Shown here in pieces: positions 1 through 9,357 of a stretch of 64,000 nt of DNA. Position numbers and translations under genes: made by a program. The DNA lies in contig NZ_JAFP01000001.1 in assembly GCF_000526195.1 (NCBI RefSeq), forward strand, positions 1,316,014 through 1,380,013. Direction: 5' to 3'. The stretch's first letter is position 1, and each line of letters begins with the position of its first letter. Below the pieces are notes generated by a model, which did no database searches, was not told the origin of the DNA, and saw only the letters and a program-made list of their open reading frames with translations. This stretch comes from Hippea sp. KM1 (GTDB lineage Bacteria; Campylobacterota_A; Desulfurellia; Desulfurellales; Hippeaceae).

Positions 1-1
1 A

Positions 2-130
2 GAGGAAAAGGTCAAGGGAGGATTTGGCCTGGGTCTTTATATTGTTAAAGAGATAACCAAAGAATATAAAATTAAGTTTGAAATAAAAAATATAGAAGGA
101 AAAGTCATTGTCCGTTTATGTTTTGTTTAA
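2..130 (+). CDS. Sensor histidine kinase, C-terminal fragment of the HATPase_c domain; the 5' end lies outside the window
   Basis: Frame 2 reads EEKVKGGFGLGLYIVKEITKEYKIKFEIKNIEGKVIVRLCFV, then a TAA stop at 128-130. G-x-G-L-G-L-x-I-V is the G2 box of histidine kinase ATPase domains. Confidence 0.55.
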   Translation, partial: EEKVKGGFGLGLYIVKEITKEYKIKFEIKNIEGKVIVRLCFV

Positions 131-181
131 CTCACCTTTTTATACTTAGTCCAAGAATGAATTTGTAAGGAGGGGGTAAAG

Positions 182-1093
182 ATGAAGAAGTTGTTGGGTC
201 TTTTAATTTTAGTGCTTTTAGTAAGCAGTGCTTATGCAAAGGCGCCCATCGAGGATTATGTGTTAAATCTGCCCAAAGAGAGCTTATCTGCAACTGAGAT
301 CAGCGATTTAATGCACATGAGGGAGGAGGAGAAGCTGGCAAGGGATGTTTATCTAAATATGTATAAAAAGTGGGAGCTGCCCGTATTCAAAAACATATCA
401 AAAAGCGAGAGCTGGCACATGCACATGATTAAGTTGCTTCTAAACAAATACAACCTGCAGGATCCTATAGCAGAAACGAAGGATGAGGTGGGTGTATTCA
501 AGAACAAGAAACTGCAAGATCTCTATAATCAACTGATAAAAAAAGGTTCTGTTAGCCTGAAGGATGCGCTGATCGTTGGGGCCACGATCGAAGATTTAGA
601 CATAAAAGACTTAGAGGAAGCTATCAAAGAAAGCGACAATAAGGATATAAGATTAGTCTATAGAAACCTTGAAAAGGGCAGCAGGAATCACATGAGGGCT
701 TTTGTCGGAATACTAAAAAGATACGGCTGGAGCTATACCCCTCAATTCATATCTGCAGATTATTTTAACCAGATAATTAATTCGAAGCACGAAAGAGGTG
801 TATCAAAGAACAGCATCAACCAAAACGGCCATATCTACGGCACTATAGAAAAGATATACAAGTCGCCCGGTTTTAGAAAAGGAGTATATTGGTGGATGGC
901 AGACATAAAAACAGATGAAGGCACAGTAAAAGTGGCCATTGCGCCCACATGGATTCTGCAAGATATAGACATAAAAACAAAAGATGAGGTGGAGGTAAAA
1001 GGGTATAAAGGAGCATATAGTTTTATAGCTTGCAGCATAAAGGACAAGACAACAGGGTTCAATTACAACAGTAAATCAAGGAGATGCAAATGA
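182..1093 (+). CDS. Secreted DUF2202 (ferritin-like, two ExxH half-sites) protein with a C-terminal beta-rich extension
   Basis: RBS AAGGAGGGGG lies upstream of ATG 182. N-terminal signal peptide MKKLLGLLILVLLVSSAYA. The MREEEKLARDVY...ESWHMHM block repeats as DLEEAIKES...SRNHMRAF, matching the DUF2202 ferritin-like pattern. Confidence 0.6.
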   Translation: MKKLLGLLILVLLVSSAYAKAPIEDYVLNLPKESLSATEISDLMHMREEEKLARDVYLNMYKKWELPVFKNISKSESWHMHMIKLLLNKYNLQDPIAETKDEVGVFKNKKLQDLYNQLIKKGSVSLKDALIVGATIEDLDIKDLEEAIKESDNKDIRLVYRNLEKGSRNHMRAFVGILKRYGWSYTPQFISADYFNQIINSKHERGVSKNSINQNGHIYGTIEKIYKSPGFRKGVYWWMADIKTDEGTVKVAIAPTWILQDIDIKTKDEVEVKGYKGAYSFIACSIKDKTTGFNYNSKSRRCK

Positions 1094-1863
1094 GGAAGTG
1101 GATTGATCTGTTTCTGTTTTATGCCACAGTGATCATTGTGGTCAGCGGCGTTGTTTTATACATAATGCCGCACGGTCGTGTTGCATACTTCACAGGCTGG
1201 AGGTTTTTGGGTATAGATAAAGATGGATGGACCAATCTGCATGTGATTTTTGGAATTCTAATGGTAATAGTGGCAGTCTGGCACATAATAGTCAATTTCA
1301 AGCCATTGAAACATTACCTTACAAAGAAGGAATCCATCTATGCGGCTTTGATCACCATTATCATATCGGCAGGCACAGTTGCGGGTGTTCAGCCGTTCAA
1401 AAGTGTAAGTGATTTGGAGGAATACATAAAAAACTCATGGGAGGTATCAAAAACGGAAATACCTATAGCACACGGTGAGCTCTTAACGCTTAAGAAATTC
1501 TGCTTAGAGTTAGACATACCGCTGAATGAGGCTATAAAAAAGCTCAAAGAAAAAGGCATACAGTTCAAGCAAGACGAGACCTTAAAAGAAATTGCAGCCA
1601 AAAACAACACAACGCCGGATAAGATCTATGAGATAATCAAGAAGAACAGTTCTCAGAACTCCACACTTATACTCAAAAGCGGGGTAGGCAGAATGAAGCT
1701 TGAGGAGTTTTGCAAGAAAAACAATTACGACTTAGATAGAGTCTCAAAAATCCTGAAGGCAAAGGGAATAAACTTTAGCAAGAATCAAACGCTAAAGGAC
1801 ATTGCAACGGCCAACAATCTAACACCGGCAGATATAGTCAATATACTTCAAAAGGCAAGGTAA
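1084..1863 (+). CDS. DUF4405-type di-heme membrane protein (two TM helices with conserved His) fused to two tandem copies of a ~55-aa cytoplasmic domain
   Basis: N-terminus MRKWIDLFLFYATVIIVVSGVVLYIMPHGR...NLHVIFGILMVIVAVWHII matches the DUF4405 architecture. The likely start is ATG 1090 (AAGGAG 1078-1083 sits too close to ATG 1084). The internal repeat is GELLTLKKFCLELD...GIQFKQDETLKEIAAKNNTTPDKIYEII versus GRMKLEEFCKKNNYD...GINFSKNQTLKDIATANNLTPADIVNIL. Confidence 0.55.
   Translation: MQMRKWIDLFLFYATVIIVVSGVVLYIMPHGRVAYFTGWRFLGIDKDGWTNLHVIFGILMVIVAVWHIIVNFKPLKHYLTKKESIYAALITIIISAGTVAGVQPFKSVSDLEEYIKNSWEVSKTEIPIAHGELLTLKKFCLELDIPLNEAIKKLKEKGIQFKQDETLKEIAAKNNTTPDKIYEIIKKNSSQNSTLILKSGVGRMKLEEFCKKNNYDLDRVSKILKAKGINFSKNQTLKDIATANNLTPADIVNILQKAR
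1474..1857 (+). repeat. Intragenic tandem duplication, two ~55-codon units at residues ~131-187 and ~201-257 of the DUF4405 protein
   Basis: The two protein segments align directly at about 45% identity and share the G-x3-L-x2-FC...GI-F-x4-TLK-IA-x2-NN-TP-x2-I frame. Confidence 0.6.
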
Positions 1864-1886
1864 ATCCAAAAGCAAAGGTGGAGGGC

Positions 1887-3275
1887 TTAGACCTCAAGAA
1901 CCCTTATCATATTGGTTGAGCCCTCCCTTCCTATGATACTGCCCATGGTCAATATGAGTTTATCGGATTCCTTAAACATCTGCCTCTGAGCTATAATCTC
2001 TTTTAACCTTTCTATGTAAACCTCGGGCTCTTTGACGCCCTTCATTACACAAAGAGGCTCAACGCCCCATACAATTGACAACCGCCTCAACACATCCTCT
2101 GAGTTTGTAATGGCGTATATTGGCACATCTGGTCTATACTTGGCTATGTTTTTCGCTGTCGTTCCGCTGGTTGTAAAGCTGATTACGGCTTTTGGATTAA
2201 TGCCTTTGCACAAATCAGCAACGCTTGCAGCTATAGCATCCTCATCGTAAGCCTCGTATTTTTTGTAATACAGGTATATCTTCTGGGTCTCTATTATAAC
2301 CCTAACCAACATCTCAACGGCCTTTATCGGATATTCTCCAACCGTTGTCTCATCGCTTAGCATAACCGCATCAGCACCATCCAAAAGGGCGTTGGCTATA
2401 TCGCTAACCTCAGCCCTTGTTGGATAGGGCGAATTCACCATACTAAGAAGCATCTGGGTTGCCACAATTACAGGTTTTGCGTGGGCGTTTGCCTTCTTTA
2501 TCAGTCTCTTCTGTATAACAGGCACCTTCTCAAGGCCAACCTCTATACCCAGATCGCCCCTTGCAACCATCAATCCATCACTGTGATTGAGAATCTCGCC
2601 TATATTTTCAACACCCCTCTTTGTCTCTATCTTGGCAATAACCCACGGATTAGCCTTGTAAGAGTTCAATATATCCTTAGCCTTTATGATGTCTTCTTTT
2701 GAGTTGACAAACGATACAGCAACAATATCCACCCCCTCACCTGCCCCAAACGCCAAATCCTCTTCATCCTTGCGTGTAATAGCGGATATTCTTAGATTTG
2801 AATTGGGCAGGTTTAACCCCTTTTTTGATGACAAAACACCCTCATTCTCAACAACAAGCTCAACATAGTCCCTATGCTTCTTCAAGGCCGTGGTTCTTAT
2901 GCTGCCGTCTGCAAAAAATACGCTCTCACCCTCTTTTATGAAATCTATAATCTCCGGATGGCTTACCGATACGGTATATCTATCCCCTGTATCCTTCTTT
3001 GCAAGTCTCAATACATCACCCTTCTTTAGCTGCAATAGCCCCTCTATTTGGCCTATTCGAATCTTTGGTCCACTTATATCCTGCAGTATAGCAACGGGTT
3101 TTGACAGCCTTCTTGAGCATTCACGAATCATCCTTATGGTCTTTCTGTGCGTATCGTGGTCGCCGTGTGAGAAATTCAATCTAAAAACATCGACCCCAGC
3201 CTTTATAAGCTCCTCTATCGCCTCTTTAGAGTTGGTGGATGGGCCGACCGTGGCTATTATCTTTACCCTTTTCAT
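1887..3275 (-). CDS. pyk: Pyruvate kinase
   Basis: MKRVKIIATVGPST...RLNFSHG...KIENxxG...MVARGDLG are the hallmark pyruvate kinase motifs. The start is moved to ATG 3275 (MKRVKII), which has RBS AAGGAGG about 10 nt upstream. The ORF track's longer N-terminus MCITIRRDMHM is rejected. Confidence 0.9.
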   Translation of the reverse strand: MKRVKIIATVGPSTNSKEAIEELIKAGVDVFRLNFSHGDHDTHRKTIRMIRECSRRLSKPVAILQDISGPKIRIGQIEGLLQLKKGDVLRLAKKDTGDRYTVSVSHPEIIDFIKEGESVFFADGSIRTTALKKHRDYVELVVENEGVLSSKKGLNLPNSNLRISAITRKDEEDLAFGAGEGVDIVAVSFVNSKEDIIKAKDILNSYKANPWVIAKIETKRGVENIGEILNHSDGLMVARGDLGIEVGLEKVPVIQKRLIKKANAHAKPVIVATQMLLSMVNSPYPTRAEVSDIANALLDGADAVMLSDETTVGEYPIKAVEMLVRVIIETQKIYLYYKKYEAYDEDAIAASVADLCKGINPKAVISFTTSGTTAKNIAKYRPDVPIYAITNSEDVLRRLSIVWGVEPLCVMKGVKEPEVYIERLKEIIAQRQMFKESDKLILTMGSIIGREGSTNMIRVLEV

Positions 3276-3339
3276 ATGCATATCCCTCCTTATTGTGATA
3301 CACAACTATAATAACGCCGTTTCTACAAAACATCAACGG

Positions 3340-3367
3340 TTGACTAAGCAAAACTTTAAACTAAAAT
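3340..3367 (+). promoter_or_regulatory. Sigma70-type promoter TTGACT-N16-TAAAAT, placing the transcription start at or next to the pcm ATG (leaderless mRNA)
   Basis: TTGACT is at 3340-3345, followed by a 16-nt spacer and TAAAAT at 3362-3367. The ATG is at 3375, 7 nt after the -10 box, and no Shine-Dalgarno sequence is present. Confidence 0.45.
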
Positions 3368-3374
3368 CAATTAC

Positions 3375-3974
3375 ATGAGGTCAAACGACGAACTCATAGA
3401 TTACCTTAAGGCCATAGGCGTCCTTAAGACAACAGCCATAATAGAAGCATTCAAGGCAATAGATAGGGGTGATTTTGTAAGGGATAGATACAGGGATGAG
3501 GCGTATGAAAACTATCCACTGCCTATAGGAAACTCCCAAACCATATCACAACCCTATACGGTGGCCTTCATGCTTGAACTCCTACAACCAGAAGAAGACA
3601 GTCTCATTTTGGATGTTGGATGCGGCAGCTGCTACACAACAGCCCTGCTTGCCAAAATCGCAAAGAGGGGCAAGGTAATTGGCACAGAAATAGACAAAGA
3701 ACTCGTAGAATTTTGCAAAAACAACCTGAACAAATACAACCTCAACAACATCGAGATATACCATGTCAACAAATTGCCGCCTTCCTATGGTGAGTTTGAC
3801 CGAATTTTGGTCTCTGCCTCTGCTGAAAAACTCCCTCAAGAACTCCTAAGCGCATTAAAAGACAACAGCAGAATGGTTATACCCATACAAACGTCTATTT
3901 TCTTAATAAAAAAGACGCACGGCAAGATAACAACGCAGGAGCATTACGGATTTGCGTTTGTAAAATTGAGATAG
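3375..3974 (+). CDS. pcm: Protein-L-isoaspartate O-methyltransferase
   Basis: LDVGCGSCYTTALLA is the SAM-binding motif I, and ILVSASAEKLPQEL and the overall 199-aa layout are typical of the PCMT family. Confidence 0.85.
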   Translation: MRSNDELIDYLKAIGVLKTTAIIEAFKAIDRGDFVRDRYRDEAYENYPLPIGNSQTISQPYTVAFMLELLQPEEDSLILDVGCGSCYTTALLAKIAKRGKVIGTEIDKELVEFCKNNLNKYNLNNIEIYHVNKLPPSYGEFDRILVSASAEKLPQELLSALKDNSRMVIPIQTSIFLIKKTHGKITTQEHYGFAFVKLR

Positions 3975-4756
3975 TCCTTTAGATGGCTAAGGCCAATCTC
4001 ATAGCATTCATCCTGATTGTCTTCGCTATAAGCAAAATCTGCAGCCTTTGAGATAGAAAAATCCTTCAGATACTCACCCGTTATATCCTGCTTAAGCTCA
4101 TAAGCATACAGCACCATTTGATGGGCTTTTGATATATCAATCCCGCATGCGCCCCACCCTTCTATCAAAAGCTTTGTGTTTATCACCCCCGGATGGAGGC
4201 AATTTACAGAAACACCCTTACTCTTAAGCATCCGAGAAAGTTTAAAGGCAAACAGTATATTACACAACTTTGAGCATGAGTATGCCGAATAGGAATATCC
4301 AAACCGCCCCTTTTTTAGGGTTTCAAAGTCGATGCTGCCGGCATGCGCCATAGAGGAGACAACGATAATCTTAGACGGTGCGTTTTTAATTATAGATGGA
4401 AGCAGGGTATGGGTCAGAAGAAAGTGGGATAGGTGGTTTACCTGATATGTTAGGCCAAATCCATCCTCCGTTATTACACCCGTTGAGTCAAAACAACCGG
4501 CGTTATTTATCAAAACCCTTATGTTCTCATCCTTTATCTTAACGAACGCATCCCTAACCTGCTTCAAAGAGGCAAAATCGCACACAACGGTCTTAACAGA
4601 AATAGACGGGTTTATACTCTTCAACTCCTCCGCTGTTCTGTTAAGCTTAAGTTTATTCCTGCCGTGTATTATCAGATGCTCATCCATTCTTGCAAGCTCA
4701 AGGGCAACCATTAAGCCCACACCGTCGGTCGCACCGGTTATGAGTGTGTATTGCAT
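3944..4756 (-). CDS. Short-chain dehydrogenase/reductase (SDR family)
   Basis: N-terminal TGATDGVG Rossmann motif. NAG and the catalytic YSASK (Y-x3-K) are present. Its 3' end overlaps the convergent pcm gene. Confidence 0.8.
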   Translation of the reverse strand: MQYTLITGATDGVGLMVALELARMDEHLIIHGRNKLKLNRTAEELKSINPSISVKTVVCDFASLKQVRDAFVKIKDENIRVLINNAGCFDSTGVITEDGFGLTYQVNHLSHFLLTHTLLPSIIKNAPSKIIVVSSMAHAGSIDFETLKKGRFGYSYSAYSCSKLCNILFAFKLSRMLKSKGVSVNCLHPGVINTKLLIEGWGACGIDISKAHQMVLYAYELKQDITGEYLKDFSISKAADFAYSEDNQDECYEIGLSHLKDYLNFTNANP

Positions 4757-4916
4757 AGGCGCCTCCTTTTGTTTTGTTTATTTAACACCATTCTTCAGGA
4801 AAACTCAATAAGATTAAGGGATATTTCTATATAATCCAACTTATAGAACTATATTATATTAATTTTTGACTTATATCTAATTTTTCAGTAATATTAAGGA
4901 AGTTAGGGATTTAAAG

Positions 4917-7295
4917 ATGGTGAAGCTAAAAAGGGCCCTGCCCATATCGTTTTTACTCTCTATCGGCCTGTTCATTCTAACCGTAGCTGTAGTATCTGCA
5001 TTCTTCGTTATACTTTTGAAGGCAAACACAGACACCTTCAACAAAAATCTAAGCAGTATAAAAACGGAGTATTTAGAATTGCTCAAAAGAAACATCAAAA
5101 GCGATGTCATAGAAACCCAGAAGTACATTCCATACCTATCCCAAAAAAGCAGAAGCCAGATAGAGGAGACTATGAAGCTGAATTGCGAGAAGGCCCTATC
5201 TCTATCCTATATAGTATATTCCAGCTATAAGGCCATCAACATAAAAAACAAAAAACCGTTAAACGACATCATACTTCAAACGCTCCAGCAGATTACATTC
5301 TTAGACGGATTTGGCTTTCACGGCATTATCTCAAACGGTCATTTGAGGTTTGGCAGGGATGCCAAAGATGAGTTTTACCTAATAAAACCCTCAGATACCT
5401 TATCAAACGGCGGTTTTGTAAAGCTAACAAACGGTTCATCAAACATCATTTGCTATACAAAGAGATTCTCCCCTTCAAACTCCTATATCGCATCCTGCCT
5501 GTTTGAAAACGACTTGGAATACCTAATAAAAACCAGGGTTGCAGAGTCTTTAGCAAACAGAAACATCTCATCGAACAAAAACCGATACATATTCATAAAC
5601 GACACAAGCGGCAATGTTGTGCTCATATACAACAGCGTGATGCTCGGTAAGAACATAAAACTGTGGGAGCTTGCAAAGAACAAAAAAGAAGAGCAACTAA
5701 TGAGAAATGTATTCAAGAAGGAGCTAAAGGCATACCACTCAAGCAACGGCGAATACATAAATTACATGTGGCATGAGCCCAAAAGCAGAAAGCCGTCTCA
5801 GAAGATATCCTTCATAATAGGATACAAACCGTGGAGATGGATTATAGGTGAGGGTTTTTATGAGGACGAGATGGAATCAGCCTTATTAAGCACAAGAGAA
5901 AACCTTAAAAAGACATTTGCTGCAATTGTAAAAAAATATTATCTATATCTTTTTGCCTTCTTCGGCCTGATGCTTCTGTTTACCTCAGCGCTATTTATCC
6001 TAATAAACAAAAAGCTAAACAGGGTGTTTAAAAACTTTGAGATCGCATTCAGAAAACAGAAGAAGCTAAATGAGGAAAATTATCCCATACTTGAGCTAAA
6101 AAACATAGCAAAATATATAAACAACTCTATAGAGAAGTTCAAAGAATACGAAAACGAGTTCTTAGAGGCCCTAATCTATGCCATGGAATCCAAAGATCCA
6201 TATACAAAGGGCCATTCCCAAAGGGTCGCAAGGTATGCAAGCCTAATAGCCGCAAAACTCAACTTAAATGAAGAGGAGCAGGAGGAGTTATACAAGGCAG
6301 GCCTCCTTCACGATATAGGCAAGATCGGCATACCGGACAACATACTCCTAAAACCGGGCAAATTGACACCCAACGAATACAGGATAATACAATACCACCC
6401 CATATTCTCCTATGAGATCGTATCAAAGATAGAACAGTTCAAGCCATTAGCAGAGGCGGTCAGGCACCACCATGAACGGTGCGACGGCAGCGGATACCCC
6501 GATGGTCTAACATGCGAGCAGATAAGCCTTAAGGCAAAGATACTGGCCATTGCCGATGTATTCGATGCCCTCACAAGCAAAAGAAGATACAGGGATAGGC
6601 TCAGCGTTCAAGATGCAATAGCAATCATGAAAAAGGAGCCGTTGGATAAAAACATACTATCAGCGGTTGAAGATGAGCTTAGCAGTTGGTGTATAGAGGA
6701 ATCCGATGTGGAGTATAAAATGGAGATTATTGAAGAAGTTGAAAAAATAAGGGAAGAGCTGTTTGATATAGATTATATGACGGGCCTAAAGAGAAGAAAG
6801 GTATTTATAGAGGAAACAAACAGTCTAATCAAAAAGAAGAAAACATTTGCCGTATTTTTTGTTGACATAAAGAACCTATCCATCGTAAACCACCGTTTCT
6901 CAACGGCCATGGGGGATAAGCTAATACTATACAGCGCCATAGCACTATCCGAATTTACAAAGAAATGCTCAGGTTGCAGCGAACCATCCAGGGCATACAA
7001 CGACGCATTCCTGTTTATATTGAATCTTAACGAAAAAGAGGATTGCACAGAAAGGTGCCAAAGCATAACAAAGAGCATAAAGGCGTTTCTTCTAAAGAGG
7101 GTTAAGGAGCTATTTGAAAGGGATGAAGAAATCGACAATAAAACAAAAAACCTCATCAAAAGCCACATAGGCTTCCATGTATTTTATACCGTTCATCCAG
7201 ATGAGTTTAAGAACACAGAGGACTTAATTTACGGATGCATGAGAAAGAAACAAATGGCAAAAAAGCTCAACCGGCAAGAGGCTCATTCTCTATGA
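4917..7295 (+). CDS. Membrane sensor c-di-GMP phosphodiesterase with TM, periplasmic Cache-like sensor, TM, HD-GYP and a degenerate GGDEF domain
   Basis: Two hydrophobic segments flank a ~300-aa extracytoplasmic region. HD-GYP motifs are present: HSQRVARYA...LLHDIGKIGIPD...HHERCDGSGYPDGL. The C-terminal domain has the GGDEF fold but its GG[DE]EF motif is replaced by YNDAF. Confidence 0.75.
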   Translation: MVKLKRALPISFLLSIGLFILTVAVVSAFFVILLKANTDTFNKNLSSIKTEYLELLKRNIKSDVIETQKYIPYLSQKSRSQIEETMKLNCEKALSLSYIVYSSYKAINIKNKKPLNDIILQTLQQITFLDGFGFHGIISNGHLRFGRDAKDEFYLIKPSDTLSNGGFVKLTNGSSNIICYTKRFSPSNSYIASCLFENDLEYLIKTRVAESLANRNISSNKNRYIFINDTSGNVVLIYNSVMLGKNIKLWELAKNKKEEQLMRNVFKKELKAYHSSNGEYINYMWHEPKSRKPSQKISFIIGYKPWRWIIGEGFYEDEMESALLSTRENLKKTFAAIVKKYYLYLFAFFGLMLLFTSALFILINKKLNRVFKNFEIAFRKQKKLNEENYPILELKNIAKYINNSIEKFKEYENEFLEALIYAMESKDPYTKGHSQRVARYASLIAAKLNLNEEEQEELYKAGLLHDIGKIGIPDNILLKPGKLTPNEYRIIQYHPIFSYEIVSKIEQFKPLAEAVRHHHERCDGSGYPDGLTCEQISLKAKILAIADVFDALTSKRRYRDRLSVQDAIAIMKKEPLDKNILSAVEDELSSWCIEESDVEYKMEIIEEVEKIREELFDIDYMTGLKRRKVFIEETNSLIKKKKTFAVFFVDIKNLSIVNHRFSTAMGDKLILYSAIALSEFTKKCSGCSEPSRAYNDAFLFILNLNEKEDCTERCQSITKSIKAFLLKRVKELFERDEEIDNKTKNLIKSHIGFHVFYTVHPDEFKNTEDLIYGCMRKKQMAKKLNRQEAHSL

Positions 7296-8307
7296 TCGTT
7301 TTGTTCTTACCCATATTCTTGGATCTATAAAGCACCTCATCCAGCCTTTTAAACACATCCTCACAGCTTTCACCGGCCTGATGCTCTATAACGCCAACGC
7401 TGATTGTTACGCCTTTTCCTATAGAGAACCTATGGTTCTCCACCATTTTCCTTAACTTCTCCCCGACCCTATAGGCACCATTAATGTCTGTCTCAGGCAG
7501 TATTATGATAAACTCATCACCGCCCCACCTGACAAAATAGTCGCACTGCCTTATATTCTCACTGACAAGGTCGGCTATCTCCTTCAAAAGCTCATCACCC
7601 GCCTTATGCCCAAATTCGTCGTTTATCCTCTTAAAATCATCTATATCGAACATCACAAGGGACATGGGCTTTACATAACGATCAGCCCTGCATATCGTCT
7701 TTTCTAAAATCTCCTCAAACTTCTTCCTGTTATATATCCTTGTCAAATAGTCCTTCTCAGACATCTCTTTAAAATAGTTTACACTGCGGGATTTGACGCA
7801 GAAGTAAAACCTCAATGTCATGGTTGTATCCATCAATATAACCCTGAAGGTCAACCTTAAAAACTCAACCAAATCTTCAGACGAGAAGGCACTTGCTGCA
7901 TATTTACCCATCACATCAAATATCTTCCAATAGGAACTGACATAAAACTCCTCGTTTATGCCCCTTTCGTGATGAATCATGCCAACCAGCAGCCTCTTCT
8001 CCACATACCCCTCATCAAACCTGCCCTCAAACATATCCTCAAGATAGAACTTAAGCCTCTCCTGGATACCCTTTATGGCATCGCCGCCTAATCCGTCAAA
8101 GATCTTGCCAACAGATGGCTCTTTTTTTAGATATACGATGAAATCCTCAGCTATTGACATGCTGTACTTCTTTATAAAATCCCTATATCCCCTTAATTTT
8201 TCTATATCGGCCTCTGTTATCTCAAACCTATTTAATATAGATTTAAGCTCGCCACGGGAGTATATACGCTTACAATCCTCAAGCGGTGCATTACCCTTTA
8301 AAATCAT
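7267..8307 (-). CDS. Globin-coupled sensor diguanylate cyclase (sensor-globin domain plus GGDEF with an RxxD I-site)
   Basis: The C-terminus DIDDFKRINDEFGHKAGDELL...RQCDYFVRWGGDEFIIILP carries an active GGDEF motif and the RxxD I-site. The N-terminal ~160 aa carries the sensor-globin pattern (RLLVGMIHHERGINEEFYVSSY, a proximal-His region like HemAT/DosC). A minus-strand promoter TTGACA-N18-GATAAT sits just upstream at about 8318-8346. Confidence 0.65.
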   Translation of the reverse strand: MILKGNAPLEDCKRIYSRGELKSILNRFEITEADIEKLRGYRDFIKKYSMSIAEDFIVYLKKEPSVGKIFDGLGGDAIKGIQERLKFYLEDMFEGRFDEGYVEKRLLVGMIHHERGINEEFYVSSYWKIFDVMGKYAASAFSSEDLVEFLRLTFRVILMDTTMTLRFYFCVKSRSVNYFKEMSEKDYLTRIYNRKKFEEILEKTICRADRYVKPMSLVMFDIDDFKRINDEFGHKAGDELLKEIADLVSENIRQCDYFVRWGGDEFIIILPETDINGAYRVGEKLRKMVENHRFSIGKGVTISVGVIEHQAGESCEDVFKRLDEVLYRSKNMGKNKTIIENEPLAG

Positions 8308-8553
8308 CTTAATTGTGTATTATCACCATAAAACCCAATTTGTCAATTAATTATTAAGTAATTTCTATTTTTTTATTATTCATAAATTTCAACTAAAAAA
8401 AGTGGGAATCGAGAAAACTGTCTTTACCGAATTATAAGGCAAGAACCGACCCAATACGAGCCGCATTAGCCTTTGTCCATTGTTTCTGCTCAAATGTTTG
8501 CTTTTTTCTACAAAATTTGTAAATTGTAAAAAAATAGCTATCGAGGAGGAAGG

Positions 8554-9357
8554 ATGTTAAAAGACAAGATCATCGGCATCATAGGTGTCGGCAAGATGGG
8601 TTCTGCACTCCTAACCGGTCTTTTAAATGTCGGCATAGACAAAAAGAACATAGTGGTATCGGACGCCTACATGCCAAAGGAGACCGTGGAGGAGAGATTT
8701 GGAGTAAGGTTTTTAGAGAACCCCCAACTGGCAAAGGAATCAGATATTATCATATTGGCTGTTCAGCCCATTGACATACCCGAGTGCCTTCAGGAGATTT
8801 ATCCTTTTATAGACAACAGCAAACTCATCATATCGATTGCGGCCGGTATAAAGGTTGAGGTTATGCGCTCTATCTTAAAAAAAGGCAGATTCATACGGGT
8901 TATGCCCAACATTGCAGCGATAGTAAAGCAGGCGGCAAGCGCCATCTATTGCGGGCCAAGAACCACAAAAGAGGACGAAGAGATAGCGATGGCCATCTTA
9001 GGGGTTGTGGGCGAGGTCGTTGTTATACACAACGAACGCTTCATGGACGCCGTCACCGGGCTCTCAGGCAGCGGACCTGCCTATATCTTTGAGGTTATAG
9101 AGGCATTGGCCGACGGAGGCGTAAAGGTGGGTCTTAGGCGGGAAGATGCACTAAAATTAGCCGCCCAAACGGTTAAAGGGGCTGCCGAACTGGTATTAAA
9201 AACAGGAAAACACCCCGCCGAGTTGAAGGATATGGTTGCATCACCGGGCGGAACCACGATATACGGTTTAGCAGAGCTTGAAAAAAGGGGAACGAGGGGC
9301 AGTTTTATAGAGGCGGTTGTTTCTGCAACCAAAAGGAGCGAGGAGCTTGGCAGTTAA
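8554..9357 (+). CDS. proC: Pyrroline-5-carboxylate reductase
   Basis: IGIIGVGKMGSALLTGL Rossmann N-terminus and the ProC-type C-terminus SPGGTTIYGLAELEKRG. RBS GAGGAGGAAGG upstream. Confidence 0.85.
   Translation: MLKDKIIGIIGVGKMGSALLTGLLNVGIDKKNIVVSDAYMPKETVEERFGVRFLENPQLAKESDIIILAVQPIDIPECLQEIYPFIDNSKLIISIAAGIKVEVMRSILKKGRFIRVMPNIAAIVKQAASAIYCGPRTTKEDEEIAMAILGVVGEVVVIHNERFMDAVTGLSGSGPAYIFEVIEALADGGVKVGLRREDALKLAAQTVKGAAELVLKTGKHPAELKDMVASPGGTTIYGLAELEKRGTRGSFIEAVVSATKRSEELGS

Noticed and set aside
2890-3378. 162-aa ORF on the plus strand inside pyruvate kinase
   Set aside because: It lies antisense within a high-confidence gene, has a low-complexity S/L/I-rich translation and no RBS. It is a typical shadow ORF.
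8308-8553. 245-nt divergent intergenic region upstream of the globin-GGDEF gene, examined for a c-di-GMP (GEMM) riboswitch or small RNA
   Set aside because: I could not fold conserved GEMM helices or the GNRA tetraloop-receptor by eye. The region is explained by two divergent promoters.
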